A stretch of DNA of 64,000 nt from an uncultured Nitrososphaerota archaeon (GTDB lineage Archaea; Thermoproteota; Nitrososphaeria; Nitrososphaerales; Nitrosopumilaceae), in assembly GCA_963701075.1 (NCBI GenBank), contig OY969559.1, positions 256,001 through 320,000 on the forward strand. Direction: 5' to 3'. How positions within the stretch are numbered: the stretch's first letter is position 1; each line of letters begins with the position of its first letter. Shown piece after piece: positions 38,756-47,442 of this stretch. The notes below the pieces were generated by a model. That model did no database searches and was not told the origin of the DNA. It saw only the letters and a program-made list of their open reading frames with translations. Made by a program: the position numbers and the translations under genes.

Positions 38756-38833
38756 TGCACTATGTTTAATAGCATAATTAATAGAGCTTACGGCATTTGT
38801 CTGAATTTTCCAGTTCCAAAGTGGATCCTATTG

Positions 38834-39082
38834 TCAATGTTGGGTAGGTGTTGTGCCTAGCGTCTCATTTAGGCCTATTGTAAAGTGCTTATGGGTAGAG
38901 TTAGTGTTCGTGTTTTCTTGACTGCTGTTACCATTATTGCTATTGATGGTACCATTACTGCTGCTATAATCTATTTTATGACCTTGATATGACGCCAGTG
39001 CTATTCCAATGATAACAATAATGACTGCAACAATTGCTATTGCAAATTTTTTGTCCAAAGATATATCGTGAGATTTTATCAT
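38834..39082 (-). CDS. small membrane-anchored protein ending in one LxETLGTT motif
   Basis: TM helix FAIAIVAVIIVIIGIALA, N/S/T linker, C-terminal HFTIGLNETLGTT. Confidence 0.7.
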   Translation of the reverse strand: MIKSHDISLDKKFAIAIVAVIIVIIGIALASYQGHKIDYSSSNGTINSNNGNSSQENTNTNSTHKHFTIGLNETLGTTPTQH

Positions 39083-39153
39083 ATTTGCAATATAAACATG
39101 GTGCAAAATGTAATAGTCAATATTTTTATCAACTGTAAGGCTAGGACGATCAC

Positions 39154-39935
39154 ATGAAAAAATATTATTTTGCCGTGGCAGTTTTTTTTCTTATTTTGTT
39201 TCATATTCCAAATGTATTTGCAATAGAGCCCATAATGATAACAATTTCAAACGATATGAATAAGGTAATTTTTGATGGAAAGTGGTCATTTATGACAGAA
39301 TGGAAGCACTCAAGTCTTAATACACTGTCCTATGACGATGGAACCACAATTGAATTAAGGACGGCTTGGCAAGGTGATTTCATTTATGTCTTCATGGATG
39401 ATATCAGTACCAACAGATGGGCAAGCGGAGCAGACAGAGCAGTCGTTTGTTTTGACAAAAATAATGACAAAAACTTGACAGCTAATGCAGATGACTATTG
39501 TTTTGTAAACATACTTTCTGGCAAAGAGCCATTTACTCTGCAAGGGGGATCTGCCCTAGGTTTTACAAGCAATTTCAAGAAAATTCCAAATCCAGAAGGG
39601 TTTGTTGCAGTAGCTGGCATCTCTGATCAAAATGATCGTTACACCCCGGTTCCACATCCTGGATATGAGTTTAGAATTCCAACGGATCTGGTTGGAAGAT
39701 CTGCGGACTATGGATTCTATGTTGAAGTTTATCATTCCTTATCAAATAAGGTCTATTCGTGGCCCCAAGACATAGATCTGACAACGCCACTTGAAATTCC
39801 AAGTCCAAGCCAGTGGGGTGATTTAGTATCCCCGGATAATTCTCTTCCAGAGTTTCAATGGCCTATGATACCATTGCTTTTAGTATAGCATATGTAATCT
39901 GGTTTACTCAAAGAAAACAAATCTCTTTAAACTAA
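39154..39935 (+). CDS. secreted protein with PEF-CTERM-like sorting signal (frameshift in T run ~39880)
   Basis: Signal peptide; FDGKW...YEFRIP; SLPEF followed by TM and basic tail (LLFSIAYVIWFTQRK) if one T is restored. Confidence 0.7.
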
Positions 39936-39954
39936 TTATCAAGAAAATCTCTCA

Positions 39955-40632
39955 ATGAGAGGTATTAAAGAAGATATTCGTATTCTAAATCAGAAGATAG
40001 TCAGATGTAAAAAATGTCCAAGGCTTGTCTCATACATACATGACATATCCGAAAAAAAGGTAAAGAGGTTTGAGGATGAGAAATACTGGGGTAGACCATT
40101 GACAGGCTTTGGAGATTTTCATGCACGATTATTTATCATAGGTCTTGCTCCCGCTGCACATGGTGGAAACAGGACAGGAAGGATGTTTACGGGAGACAGT
40201 TCTGGTGATTGGGTTGCCAAGACCCTTTATGAGAATGGTTTTGCTTCTCAGCCAACAAGTATTAGGGCTAATGATGGGCTCAGACTAGTTGATGCCTATA
40301 TCACGGCATCAGTCAGATGCGCCCCGCCAAAAAACAAACCAACAAGAGAAGAGTTTGAAAATTGCTTTCCCTATTTGATAGAAGAGTTTTCTTTGCTAAA
40401 AGAAGTCAAAGTAATAGTATGTCTTGGCAGAATAGCCTTTGATACATGTTGCAAGATGTTGCACATAAAGGGCGTTGATTTTGCTCATGGTAAATCATTT
40501 ACACACCAACATTTGACAATAATATGTTCATACCATCCAAGCAGACAAAATACCCAGACAGGCCGGCTAACATGGAAGCAGTGGTCAATGATATTTGCAA
40601 AGGCTAGAAAATTTCTTTATGACATCAAATGA
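39955..40632 (+). CDS. uracil-DNA glycosylase family 5
   Basis: CKKCPRL, GLAPAAHGGNRTGRMFTGD, RCAPPKNKP, YHPSRQN. Confidence 0.93.
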   Translation: MRGIKEDIRILNQKIVRCKKCPRLVSYIHDISEKKVKRFEDEKYWGRPLTGFGDFHARLFIIGLAPAAHGGNRTGRMFTGDSSGDWVAKTLYENGFASQPTSIRANDGLRLVDAYITASVRCAPPKNKPTREEFENCFPYLIEEFSLLKEVKVIVCLGRIAFDTCCKMLHIKGVDFAHGKSFTHQHLTIICSYHPSRQNTQTGRLTWKQWSMIFAKARKFLYDIK

Positions 40633-40729
40633 GATCTATGATGGTACTACATCAAGATAACAAAAAAATCAGAATTTCTTTATAATATAAAAAGAAGACG
40701 TTCTCGCCCATCTCCCCATCCGAGCTTCC

Positions 40730-41371
40730 CTACTCGTATGTTGATTGTGACGATACGCCGGAGGGTGATGGAACTGATGGGAATCTGTCGCCGATCTGTT
40801 GTTCTGCAACTGCGGATGCTTCTTGTAGTATCTTGTCTGTCTCTTCGCTTGATACGTCGGAGTCCACATTGAAGTCTCCTCCTGCTAGCGAGTCCATCAT
40901 TAGTCCATTGAGTGTCTGGGTCATAGAGTTCAGTTCGGAATCTGCCTCTGGCATAAATCTTCCAAGGGATGATTTGAGTCCCTTCATTGTAGACATTGCA
41001 GGAGCTATTGCTACCATTGCGTCTCCTAAGTCGTGTATTGTTGTTAGACGTAATTGTACTTGCTCTAGTGCCATTCGGGCATTTCCTAGCATCTTTGTGA
41101 CCTTTCTTATCTCGGCAAGCTCATTGGACAGAACTCTGCTTGTGCTCGCATCGTGCTGTTGCATGGCGGTTACGATTCGCTTGAAAAGCTGTTCATCTCT
41201 TTGTCTCAGCTTTGTCAGCATAGAATCCATCTTCGATATTTGACCCTGTAATTTGTTCACAGCGCCCTCAATTCTAGGTTTGAGTGCTCCCTGTGGTTTT
41301 ACAGTTTCACGTAATTTTTCGGTTAAACCTGCAGACTCGGGACGAGTCCAGGTCTTATCGAAGCCGGTCAT
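40730..41371 (-). CDS. cdvB: CdvB/ESCRT-III (Snf7) paralogue
   Basis: Coiled coil with LSNELAEIRK, ALEQVQLRLTTIHDLGD, KILQEASAVAE. Confidence 0.88.
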   Translation of the reverse strand: MTGFDKTWTRPESAGLTEKLRETVKPQGALKPRIEGAVNKLQGQISKMDSMLTKLRQRDEQLFKRIVTAMQQHDASTSRVLSNELAEIRKVTKMLGNARMALEQVQLRLTTIHDLGDAMVAIAPAMSTMKGLKSSLGRFMPEADSELNSMTQTLNGLMMDSLAGGDFNVDSDVSSEETDKILQEASAVAEQQIGDRFPSVPSPSGVSSQSTYE

Positions 41372-41446
41372 GGTGGCTAGTTTGAAAGTTAGTTCTTAAT
41401 TGCCGGTGTATATTATCGTCAACTTCAGGCTAAATTAAGCTCACAA

Positions 41447-42764
41447 TCTTCTGTCAAATCTCTGTTGCAGGTATTACGATATGTATGGTAATGATAACAT
41501 AACCAGACTCTTTTGTTTGTTGTTCTGCCCAACACATACATACAGAAATGACTTCCATTGCAATCCAATCTGTTAAACAGCGTCACGGTATTAATGATCG
41601 TAAAGTTATCAACTTTTTGGAGATATTCAGATACATGGTAAATCACAGTATCAGGATTGGATTGCAAAATAATTGCTCTACAATGAAAAAGCTTTGCATG
41701 TTATCTTATCATGAACTTAAACAATATGATATCCCAAGCTACTACAAACTATGTGCCATATCAAAGGCAGCTGGGATCCTAGCATCAAGGAATAAATCAA
41801 TTAAACGTGGTTATCCGGTCAAGAATCCATATATGAAAAAACCAGTACTTGTTTCATGTTACGGATTCAAGTACCAAGATGGAACCCTAAAGATTCCTCT
41901 TGGAGACAGAACGTATCTTGATGTATCATTAAATCATTATTGTAAGGAAATTTTATCAGAAGATCCTCAAATCAAAATCAGATCCTTTACACTTACTGCC
42001 AGTCATATCAGCATATCATATTCAAAAGAGATCACTCAAATCAAATGTGATAGTACTGTAGGAATTGATAGGAATCTTGGAAATCTTACCCTTGGTAACT
42101 GTACCAAGGTAATTCAGTTTGACCTTTCAAAGACTATACAAATTGCTGAAAACACAAAATCAATCTATTCCAGTTTCAAACGTAATGATTGCAGAATCAG
42201 AAAGAAAATTTATTCCAAGCATGGAAAGAGGAGAAAGAATAGAGTAGATCAGATCTTGCATAAAGTTTCAAAGACTGTTGTTGAGTATGTGATAACGAAC
42301 AAAACAGCTCTGGTGTTTGAAGATATCAGGCATATTAGAAAATTATATCAGAAAGGCAATGGACAAGGAAGAGAATATCGTGGAAGGATGAATGGTTGGT
42401 CATTTTCAGAAATAAAAAGACAGATAGAATACAAGTCAAGATGGAAAGGTGTTCCAATCATTCAGTTATCAAAAAAGGAAACAATGGGTACAAGTTCACG
42501 CTGTCCTATATGTGGGGAGAGACTCCGAAAGGACATGCAAACGAGGAACTTGTCATGTGATGTTTGTAAGAAGAGATGGGATCGTGATGTTGTCGCAGTC
42601 ATGAACCAGTCTCTTCGAGGGTGGGTTAGGTTCGCTCATTCAAAAGGTCCTGCAGATGAAGCGATGATACAGGAACCTGGGTCTGTTGTCATAACAATAA
42701 CATCCCCAGTAATCCTGAGAGTCGATGCAGGAAAGTCGTGTCTTCAACAGGAGACGACAGAATC
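41447..42764 (+). mobile_element. TnpB-only element with ~30-bp imperfect terminal inverted repeats and flanking 9-bp direct repeat
   Basis: AGCTCACAA at 41438-41446 and 42765-42773; TTCTGTC..CTGTTG (left) versus CAACAG..GACAGAA (right). Confidence 0.55.
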
Positions 42765-42825
42765 AGCTCACAAAATAAATCCAACAAGGTCGGTTCGAAA
42801 TCGTGTCAAGGATAGCGGTATTTGA
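41548..42825 (+). CDS. tnpB: TnpB RNA-guided endonuclease (TnpB-2); true stop may be near 42766
   Basis: GIDRN / VFEDI / DRDVVA; CPIC..CDVC; same subfamily as TnpB-1 (RKLYxKGNGQGR). Confidence 0.92.
   Translation: MTSIAIQSVKQRHGINDRKVINFLEIFRYMVNHSIRIGLQNNCSTMKKLCMLSYHELKQYDIPSYYKLCAISKAAGILASRNKSIKRGYPVKNPYMKKPVLVSCYGFKYQDGTLKIPLGDRTYLDVSLNHYCKEILSEDPQIKIRSFTLTASHISISYSKEITQIKCDSTVGIDRNLGNLTLGNCTKVIQFDLSKTIQIAENTKSIYSSFKRNDCRIRKKIYSKHGKRRKNRVDQILHKVSKTVVEYVITNKTALVFEDIRHIRKLYQKGNGQGREYRGRMNGWSFSEIKRQIEYKSRWKGVPIIQLSKKETMGTSSRCPICGERLRKDMQTRNLSCDVCKKRWDRDVVAVMNQSLRGWVRFAHSKGPADEAMIQEPGSVVITITSPVILRVDAGKSCLQQETTESAHKINPTRSVRNRVKDSGI
42645..42785 (+). ncRNA. putative omega-RNA of TnpB-2
   Basis: Nucleotide conservation with the TnpB-1 3' end; CTGCA/TGCAG and CTGGG/CCCAG stems; boundaries approximate. 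Confidence 0.6.
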
Positions 42826-43558
42826 TTCTGGTCTGGGTTCCCTTTCCATAATAAAACCAATTCAAAAAAAGATCAAGACTGAGATTATCTATTTTGCTGA
42901 TCAGGACAATTTTCCATATGGCACAAAATCTACTAGCAAGTTAAGAAAGATTATCAAGTCAACCATTAGAAAATTGGAAGAAAAATTTGAACCAGATTTG
43001 ATAGTGATTGCTTCAAATACACCTTCACTTTTGCTAAATCCCAAAAAACAATCAAAAATTTTAGGGGTTTATCCACCATTAGAAGATGCGGTAGAGAAGA
43101 CAATTACAAATTCAATAGCAGTTCTTGCCACCAAATCAGTTGTTGAAAGTAAAGAACTAGAAAATTACATCAAAAAACAAGTTCCCAAAAGAATTAGAGT
43201 GATTAAAATTAACGCGTCGTCACTTGTAGATCTCGTAGAATCTGGAAAGTTTATTTCTAAAAAAGAATTGTGTAAAAAAAAGATTAGAGCAATCCTACAA
43301 CTAATACAAAAGGAGAGAGTTGATGTGGTAACCTTGTCTAGTACACACCTTCCATTTCTTCTGCCAATGTTAAAGGAGATTTTTCCTAATGTAACATTCC
43401 TTGATCCAGCAGATGCTGTAGCCGATAAGATTGCAACATTACTACATGGTAAGAAGGAAAGTAGGTACAAACTAAAGATCTTTGCCTCTGGCAATACCAC
43501 TACTTTTCAAAAAAAGTTACAAAAATTGGGAATTAAAAACAAAGTATTTCCGCTATGA
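42803..43558 (+). CDS. glutamate racemase (MurI) homologue with Cys-to-Ser at both catalytic positions
   Basis: FDSGLG, FPYGTKS, IASNT (usually ACNT), LSSTH (usually GCTH). Confidence 0.85.
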   Translation: MSRIAVFDSGLGSLSIIKPIQKKIKTEIIYFADQDNFPYGTKSTSKLRKIIKSTIRKLEEKFEPDLIVIASNTPSLLLNPKKQSKILGVYPPLEDAVEKTITNSIAVLATKSVVESKELENYIKKQVPKRIRVIKINASSLVDLVESGKFISKKELCKKKIRAILQLIQKERVDVVTLSSTHLPFLLPMLKEIFPNVTFLDPADAVADKIATLLHGKKESRYKLKIFASGNTTTFQKKLQKLGIKNKVFPL

Positions 43559-44320
43559 AATTACTTTGGCCTTTCGATATCCATGGCTGAAAGTTTTGTC
43601 ATAAAGTTTAGAATATTCATAATGTTTCGGATTTACAATTTCTCCAATGATTATGATTGCAGTTTTTGTAATTTTTTCGTCTCTGATTTTTTTTGTAATG
43701 TTTTCTAATGTTCCAGTTATTACCTTTTCATCTTTCCAGCTTGCTCTATAGACAGCTGCTACAGGAGTTGATTTAGAATATCCGCCTTTGATTGCTTCCT
43801 TAACAATATCGGATATGAGATGAACGCTCAGATAGAATATCATAGTGGCTTTATGCTTTGCAAGCTCTGAAATTTTTTCTCTTGTTGGTACTTTTGTTCG
43901 CGATTCTGCCCTTGTCACAATAATGGTTTGGGTGACGCCGGGCAGGGTAAGCTCACACCCTAGTGCTGCAGCAGATGCCAGAAAAGAAGTGATTCCTGGC
44001 ACTATCTCAAATCCAATTCCATCTTTTTTGAGGTTGTCAGTCTGCTCTCTTATTGCGCCATAGATTGAAGGATCGCCGTCATGTAATCTCACAACTAGTT
44101 TTCCTTTCAATGCGTTATCCCGTAGAATCTTGAAAATATCTTCTCGAACTAGTTTTGCAGCATCATGCAATTCTGCTCTTTTACAGAGTTTGACTATTTC
44201 AGGCGGGATTAATGAACCCGAATATACAACTACATCAGCTTTCTGGATTAATTTTTTGGCCTTTACCGTGATAAGTTCCGGGTCACCCGGACCGCAACCA
44301 ACAAAGTAGACTTTACGCAC
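43553..44320 (-). CDS. cbiF: cobalt-precorrin-4 C11-methyltransferase
   Basis: GPGDPELITVK, YSGSL, VRLHDGDPSIYGAIREQ, ELTLPGVTQT, SKLYDKTFSHGYR. Confidence 0.95.
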   Translation of the reverse strand: MRKVYFVGCGPGDPELITVKAKKLIQKADVVVYSGSLIPPEIVKLCKRAELHDAAKLVREDIFKILRDNALKGKLVVRLHDGDPSIYGAIREQTDNLKKDGIGFEIVPGITSFLASAAALGCELTLPGVTQTIIVTRAESRTKVPTREKISELAKHKATMIFYLSVHLISDIVKEAIKGGYSKSTPVAAVYRASWKDEKVITGTLENITKKIRDEKITKTAIIIIGEIVNPKHYEYSKLYDKTFSHGYRKAKVIS

Positions 44321-45035
44321 GTTTTACCACCATGATTGAAAAATATTTGCTAGTCAATGTGTCTTTTGTGACTTCGCCAAGTGTTAATTTCTTTACAATC
44401 TCTTCGTTTGTTCCTACGTCTTGGGCTATAGCAAAAAGTGAACTGTCAGGAAAGCCAGCCTCTCTGAGTAGTACGATAACCTGATCAAAATATCTACCAT
44501 CTTTTAGAAATATCATGGTATCGCAGTTTTTTGCAGTCTCTTTTACTCTAGAAAGGTCATAGCATGCAGGTATCACGGCAACTGTTTCATCTCCTTCTGC
44601 TATGCTGATTCCCACTTTGGAGGCAAAAGCAAACATGGATACTATTCCAGGAACTACTGTTATTTTGATTTCAGGATATTTTGACTTGAGCTCGCGTTGC
44701 AGGTAAATCCATGTACTGTATAATGATGGATCTCCTACTGTAAGATATACAACATTTTTCCCATCTTTTACTTTATTCACTATTATGCGTGCATTAGTTT
44801 CCCAAGTGTTCTCTAAGGTTTCCCTGTCCTTTACCATAGGAAATACAAGATTCAAAATGTCAGGTTTTTTGGAATTATCAACCAGTGACGATATTATGGA
44901 ATATGCAATGCTTTCTTTGCCTTCCCTTGAAGTGGGACACATGATTACGTCTGCACTTTGAATGGCCTTTACTGCCTTTACGGTAAGAAGATCTGGATCT
45001 CCAGGACCACAGCCAACGCATGTCAATTCAGCCAT
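44313..45035 (-). CDS. cbiL: cobalt-precorrin-2 C20-methyltransferase
   Basis: GPGDPDLLTVKA, LVFPM, LTVGDPSLYST, YFSIMVV. Confidence 0.93.
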   Translation of the reverse strand: MAELTCVGCGPGDPDLLTVKAVKAIQSADVIMCPTSREGKESIAYSIISSLVDNSKKPDILNLVFPMVKDRETLENTWETNARIIVNKVKDGKNVVYLTVGDPSLYSTWIYLQRELKSKYPEIKITVVPGIVSMFAFASKVGISIAEGDETVAVIPACYDLSRVKETAKNCDTMIFLKDGRYFDQVIVLLREAGFPDSSLFAIAQDVGTNEEIVKKLTLGEVTKDTLTSKYFSIMVVKRA

Positions 45036-45185
45036 TTATAAAAAAATCGCCATTAGCACCTAATTAAAATCTAGATTTCATGGAAACGTTCCATAATAGG
45101 CACGAAATGGGATCCTCATGAATATTTTCGAATACAATTTTTTAGCATAACCTTAGGATTCAGAATTAATCCGGATAATTTGGAC

Positions 45186-45213
45186 TTGACTAATGAGAAT
45201 CCTTTTTAGTCAA
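45186..45213. promoter_or_regulatory. inverted repeat, candidate operator of the TA pair
   Basis: TTGACTAA-N12-TTAGTCAA ending 23 nt before ATG 45236. Confidence 0.45.
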
Positions 45214-45235
45214 TTAGTGGTAGAACAATTATTAG

Positions 45236-45484
45236 ATGGAAACTAAAACAGTATCGCATCAAGAAATTAAAAAAATTATGAAGGAAATTCACATTTACAA
45301 GCGAACCACGGAAAAAGAAATAAGACTTTTGAACATGAAGATTGCCAAATTACAGAAAATGATAGAGAAAAGCTTCATACCAGAAGATAATCCCGACGCA
45401 TATGAAATTAAGGCAATAAAGGATTTCGAATCCAAGAAGAAGAAAGAAGATATCAAGTTCGTACCATTGGATCCGTTAAACTAA
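45236..45484 (+). CDS. putative antitoxin
   Basis: 82 aa directly upstream of a RelE-like gene; C-terminal PEDNPDAYEIKAI. Confidence 0.6.
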   Translation: METKTVSHQEIKKIMKEIHIYKRTTEKEIRLLNMKIAKLQKMIEKSFIPEDNPDAYEIKAIKDFESKKKKEDIKFVPLDPLN

Positions 45485-45493
45485 CTACTAGAC

Positions 45494-45781
45494 TTGCCAA
45501 TCAAGGTTTTAATCAAAAAAGAAATCTATGATGAGATTAATAGATTTCCTTCTGATCTTAATAATAGGATTAGGGGAGTGCTGAAGGAGCTTGAGACTAC
45601 ATGGCCTATGTCTAGACTTGACATAAAAAAATTAAAGGGATTTGACAATCATTACAGAATTCGTGTTGGAGATTATAGAATTCTCTTCTTACGTGAGTCA
45701 GGTACTGCAAAAATTTACGATGTATCGCATAGACGTGATGTGTATAAAAGAAAAGACAACTTTTATGCAAAAAATGAGTGA
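45494..45781 (+). CDS. relE: RelE/ParE family toxin
   Basis: DIKKLKG...YRIRVGDYRILF...VSHRRDVY. Confidence 0.9.
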   Translation: MPIKVLIKKEIYDEINRFPSDLNNRIRGVLKELETTWPMSRLDIKKLKGFDNHYRIRVGDYRILFLRESGTAKIYDVSHRRDVYKRKDNFYAKNE

Positions 45782-45827
45782 ATTTAGGAAATGTCATCAG
45801 CAGATAGAAAATGACAAAAAGTGTGTG

Positions 45828-46418
45828 CTAGATTTTCGTTGCAGAGATTATGGTGACTGGATTTCTAGCAAGCATCATTGTACCAGTAGATGTCTTGCGG
45901 CTCTTGGATATTGTAACTTGTGTAATGTCAACAGATGAAAACTTGAGTTTTTCTATAGCTGAGAGCACAGAATAAAGGGTTTCAATCAAAATGGTTCCTA
46001 TTACTATTCTTCCTCCTTGCTTGAGTCTGCCTTCACAGAGTTTTAGTATCTCAGATGTCTCGCCTCCTGTTCCCCCGATAAATATTGCATCAGCTACAGG
46101 AAGCTCTGAAATCTTTTCTAACGCATTTCCTAAAATGACTGTAACATTTAAGATCCCAAACTTGGACAGATTTTTCTTGGTAAGTTCTACTGCTTTTGGA
46201 TCAAAATCAATTGCAAAAACTTTTCCGGATATACCTATTTGATGTGCTGCCTCTATTGATACAGACCCGCTTCCACATCCAATGTCATATACAGTTTGGC
46301 CCTCATCTAGTCTGCCTTTACTAATTTGTACTGTACGTACTTCTTCTTTTGTAATTGGTACCTCTTCTACTCTCTCAAATAGTTCATCTGGAATGCCAGG
46401 TGTTCTATATTTCCACAT
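45828..46418 (-). CDS. cbiT: cobalt-precorrin-6B C15-methyltransferase (decarboxylating)
   Basis: PGIPDELF, PITKEEVR, DIGCGSGSVSIE, AIFIGG, ARNPV. Confidence 0.95.
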   Translation of the reverse strand: MWKYRTPGIPDELFERVEEVPITKEEVRTVQISKGRLDEGQTVYDIGCGSGSVSIEAAHQIGISGKVFAIDFDPKAVELTKKNLSKFGILNVTVILGNALEKISELPVADAIFIGGTGGETSEILKLCEGRLKQGGRIVIGTILIETLYSVLSAIEKLKFSSVDITQVTISKSRKTSTGTMMLARNPVTIISATKI

Positions 46419-46456
46419 CTAGTCTGAATGAGATTTTATTTTATATTTAGAACTAC

Positions 46457-46897
46457 CTAATGCACTGTTGCAATGCTGCTAATATGTGGATTGATTATCG
46501 TATATACCAGAATCCAGCTAACCAAGAACATCAAAAAATAGCTTCCAATACCAGTCATGACAAGTTTTCTCTTATCAGACAACGGCAGCGGAACTCTTAG
46601 TGCTTTTGCTATTCCATATGATATAATGAATAACACAATTACAATCCCCAATCCTGTATACGCTCTTTCATGAGCATGCAACATAGTACTTCCAATTATG
46701 GCAGAAATAGATCCAGCTAGTATACCCAGACCAACGCGCAGCCAGAACACCTTGTCAAGGCCACTTTTTATCCTAGATTCGTCAGTCTCCATAGCACGTG
46801 GTTCTTCAGGAGGCATATCCTTTGCAGTGTTGTCATTTGGCTCTGGTTTCTTATCGTTATCTTTGCCTTTTGGATGTCTTACCAAGTAAATTTTCAA
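46457..46897 (-). CDS. three-TM membrane protein, EMC6/Rab5IP-like
   Basis: WLRVGLGILAG...GIGSYFLMFLVSWILVYT topology. Confidence 0.55.
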   Translation of the reverse strand: MKIYLVRHPKGKDNDKKPEPNDNTAKDMPPEEPRAMETDESRIKSGLDKVFWLRVGLGILAGSISAIIGSTMLHAHERAYTGLGIVIVLFIISYGIAKALRVPLPLSDKRKLVMTGIGSYFLMFLVSWILVYTIINPHISSIATVH

Positions 46898-47050
46898 ACT
46901 TACTCAGGGAAGCCTGTGTAAATATTTACCGTTATGAGATTAAGGCATGAATTACTGGAATTTAATACCAAAAATATCATGTCCAAGTGTAGAAATGTCC
47001 TTTTACTTCAAAACTCTAAACTCTTGCAATCCTAGATGTCAGACTACTGG

Positions 47051-47267
47051 TACTGGAGTGATAGTATAATCTATGAGAAGTGGTGGATTGTCAAGTCCGT
47101 ATTCTCAGTATTGAAGAGTTTTCGGTGATCACGTGATGGCACACGAGTGACAGAACAGGAAAAGGAACTAGAATTGAAGATCTCCTTGTCAACAGATTCA
47201 TGAACATGTAATAGGGAGGATAGGATGATGCGATCTGCTTAAACTATGTGGAGTTGGTCGACAAAGC
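47051..47267 (+). mobile_element. decayed IS5-family transposase 3' remnant
   Basis: YWSDSIIYEKWWIVKSVFSVLK / FGDHVMA / KELELKISL / NRFMNM with frameshifts and a stop. Confidence 0.6.
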
Positions 47268-47442
47268 ATGTTATAATTACCAGCCTTTCATATTCTTGCA
47301 AGTATCATAATCTTTGTTGAAGGTATTCAAGTCAATGAAACAATTGATTTGGTTGGAAATTTCTTGAATACATCATATTTCTGGGATATAGCAGATCGGG
47401 TTACATTAGATGTATTGAAGTGGCATATGGAGGCTTGAGGTA

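Noticed and set aside
36361-39082. Provirus
   Set aside because: No capsid, terminase, portal, integrase or att repeat; the proteins have signal peptides
40695-40729. GATGGGCGA shared between the cdvB 3' region and the 59-kb hairpin
   Set aside because: A single 9-mer match within 64 kb is not significant
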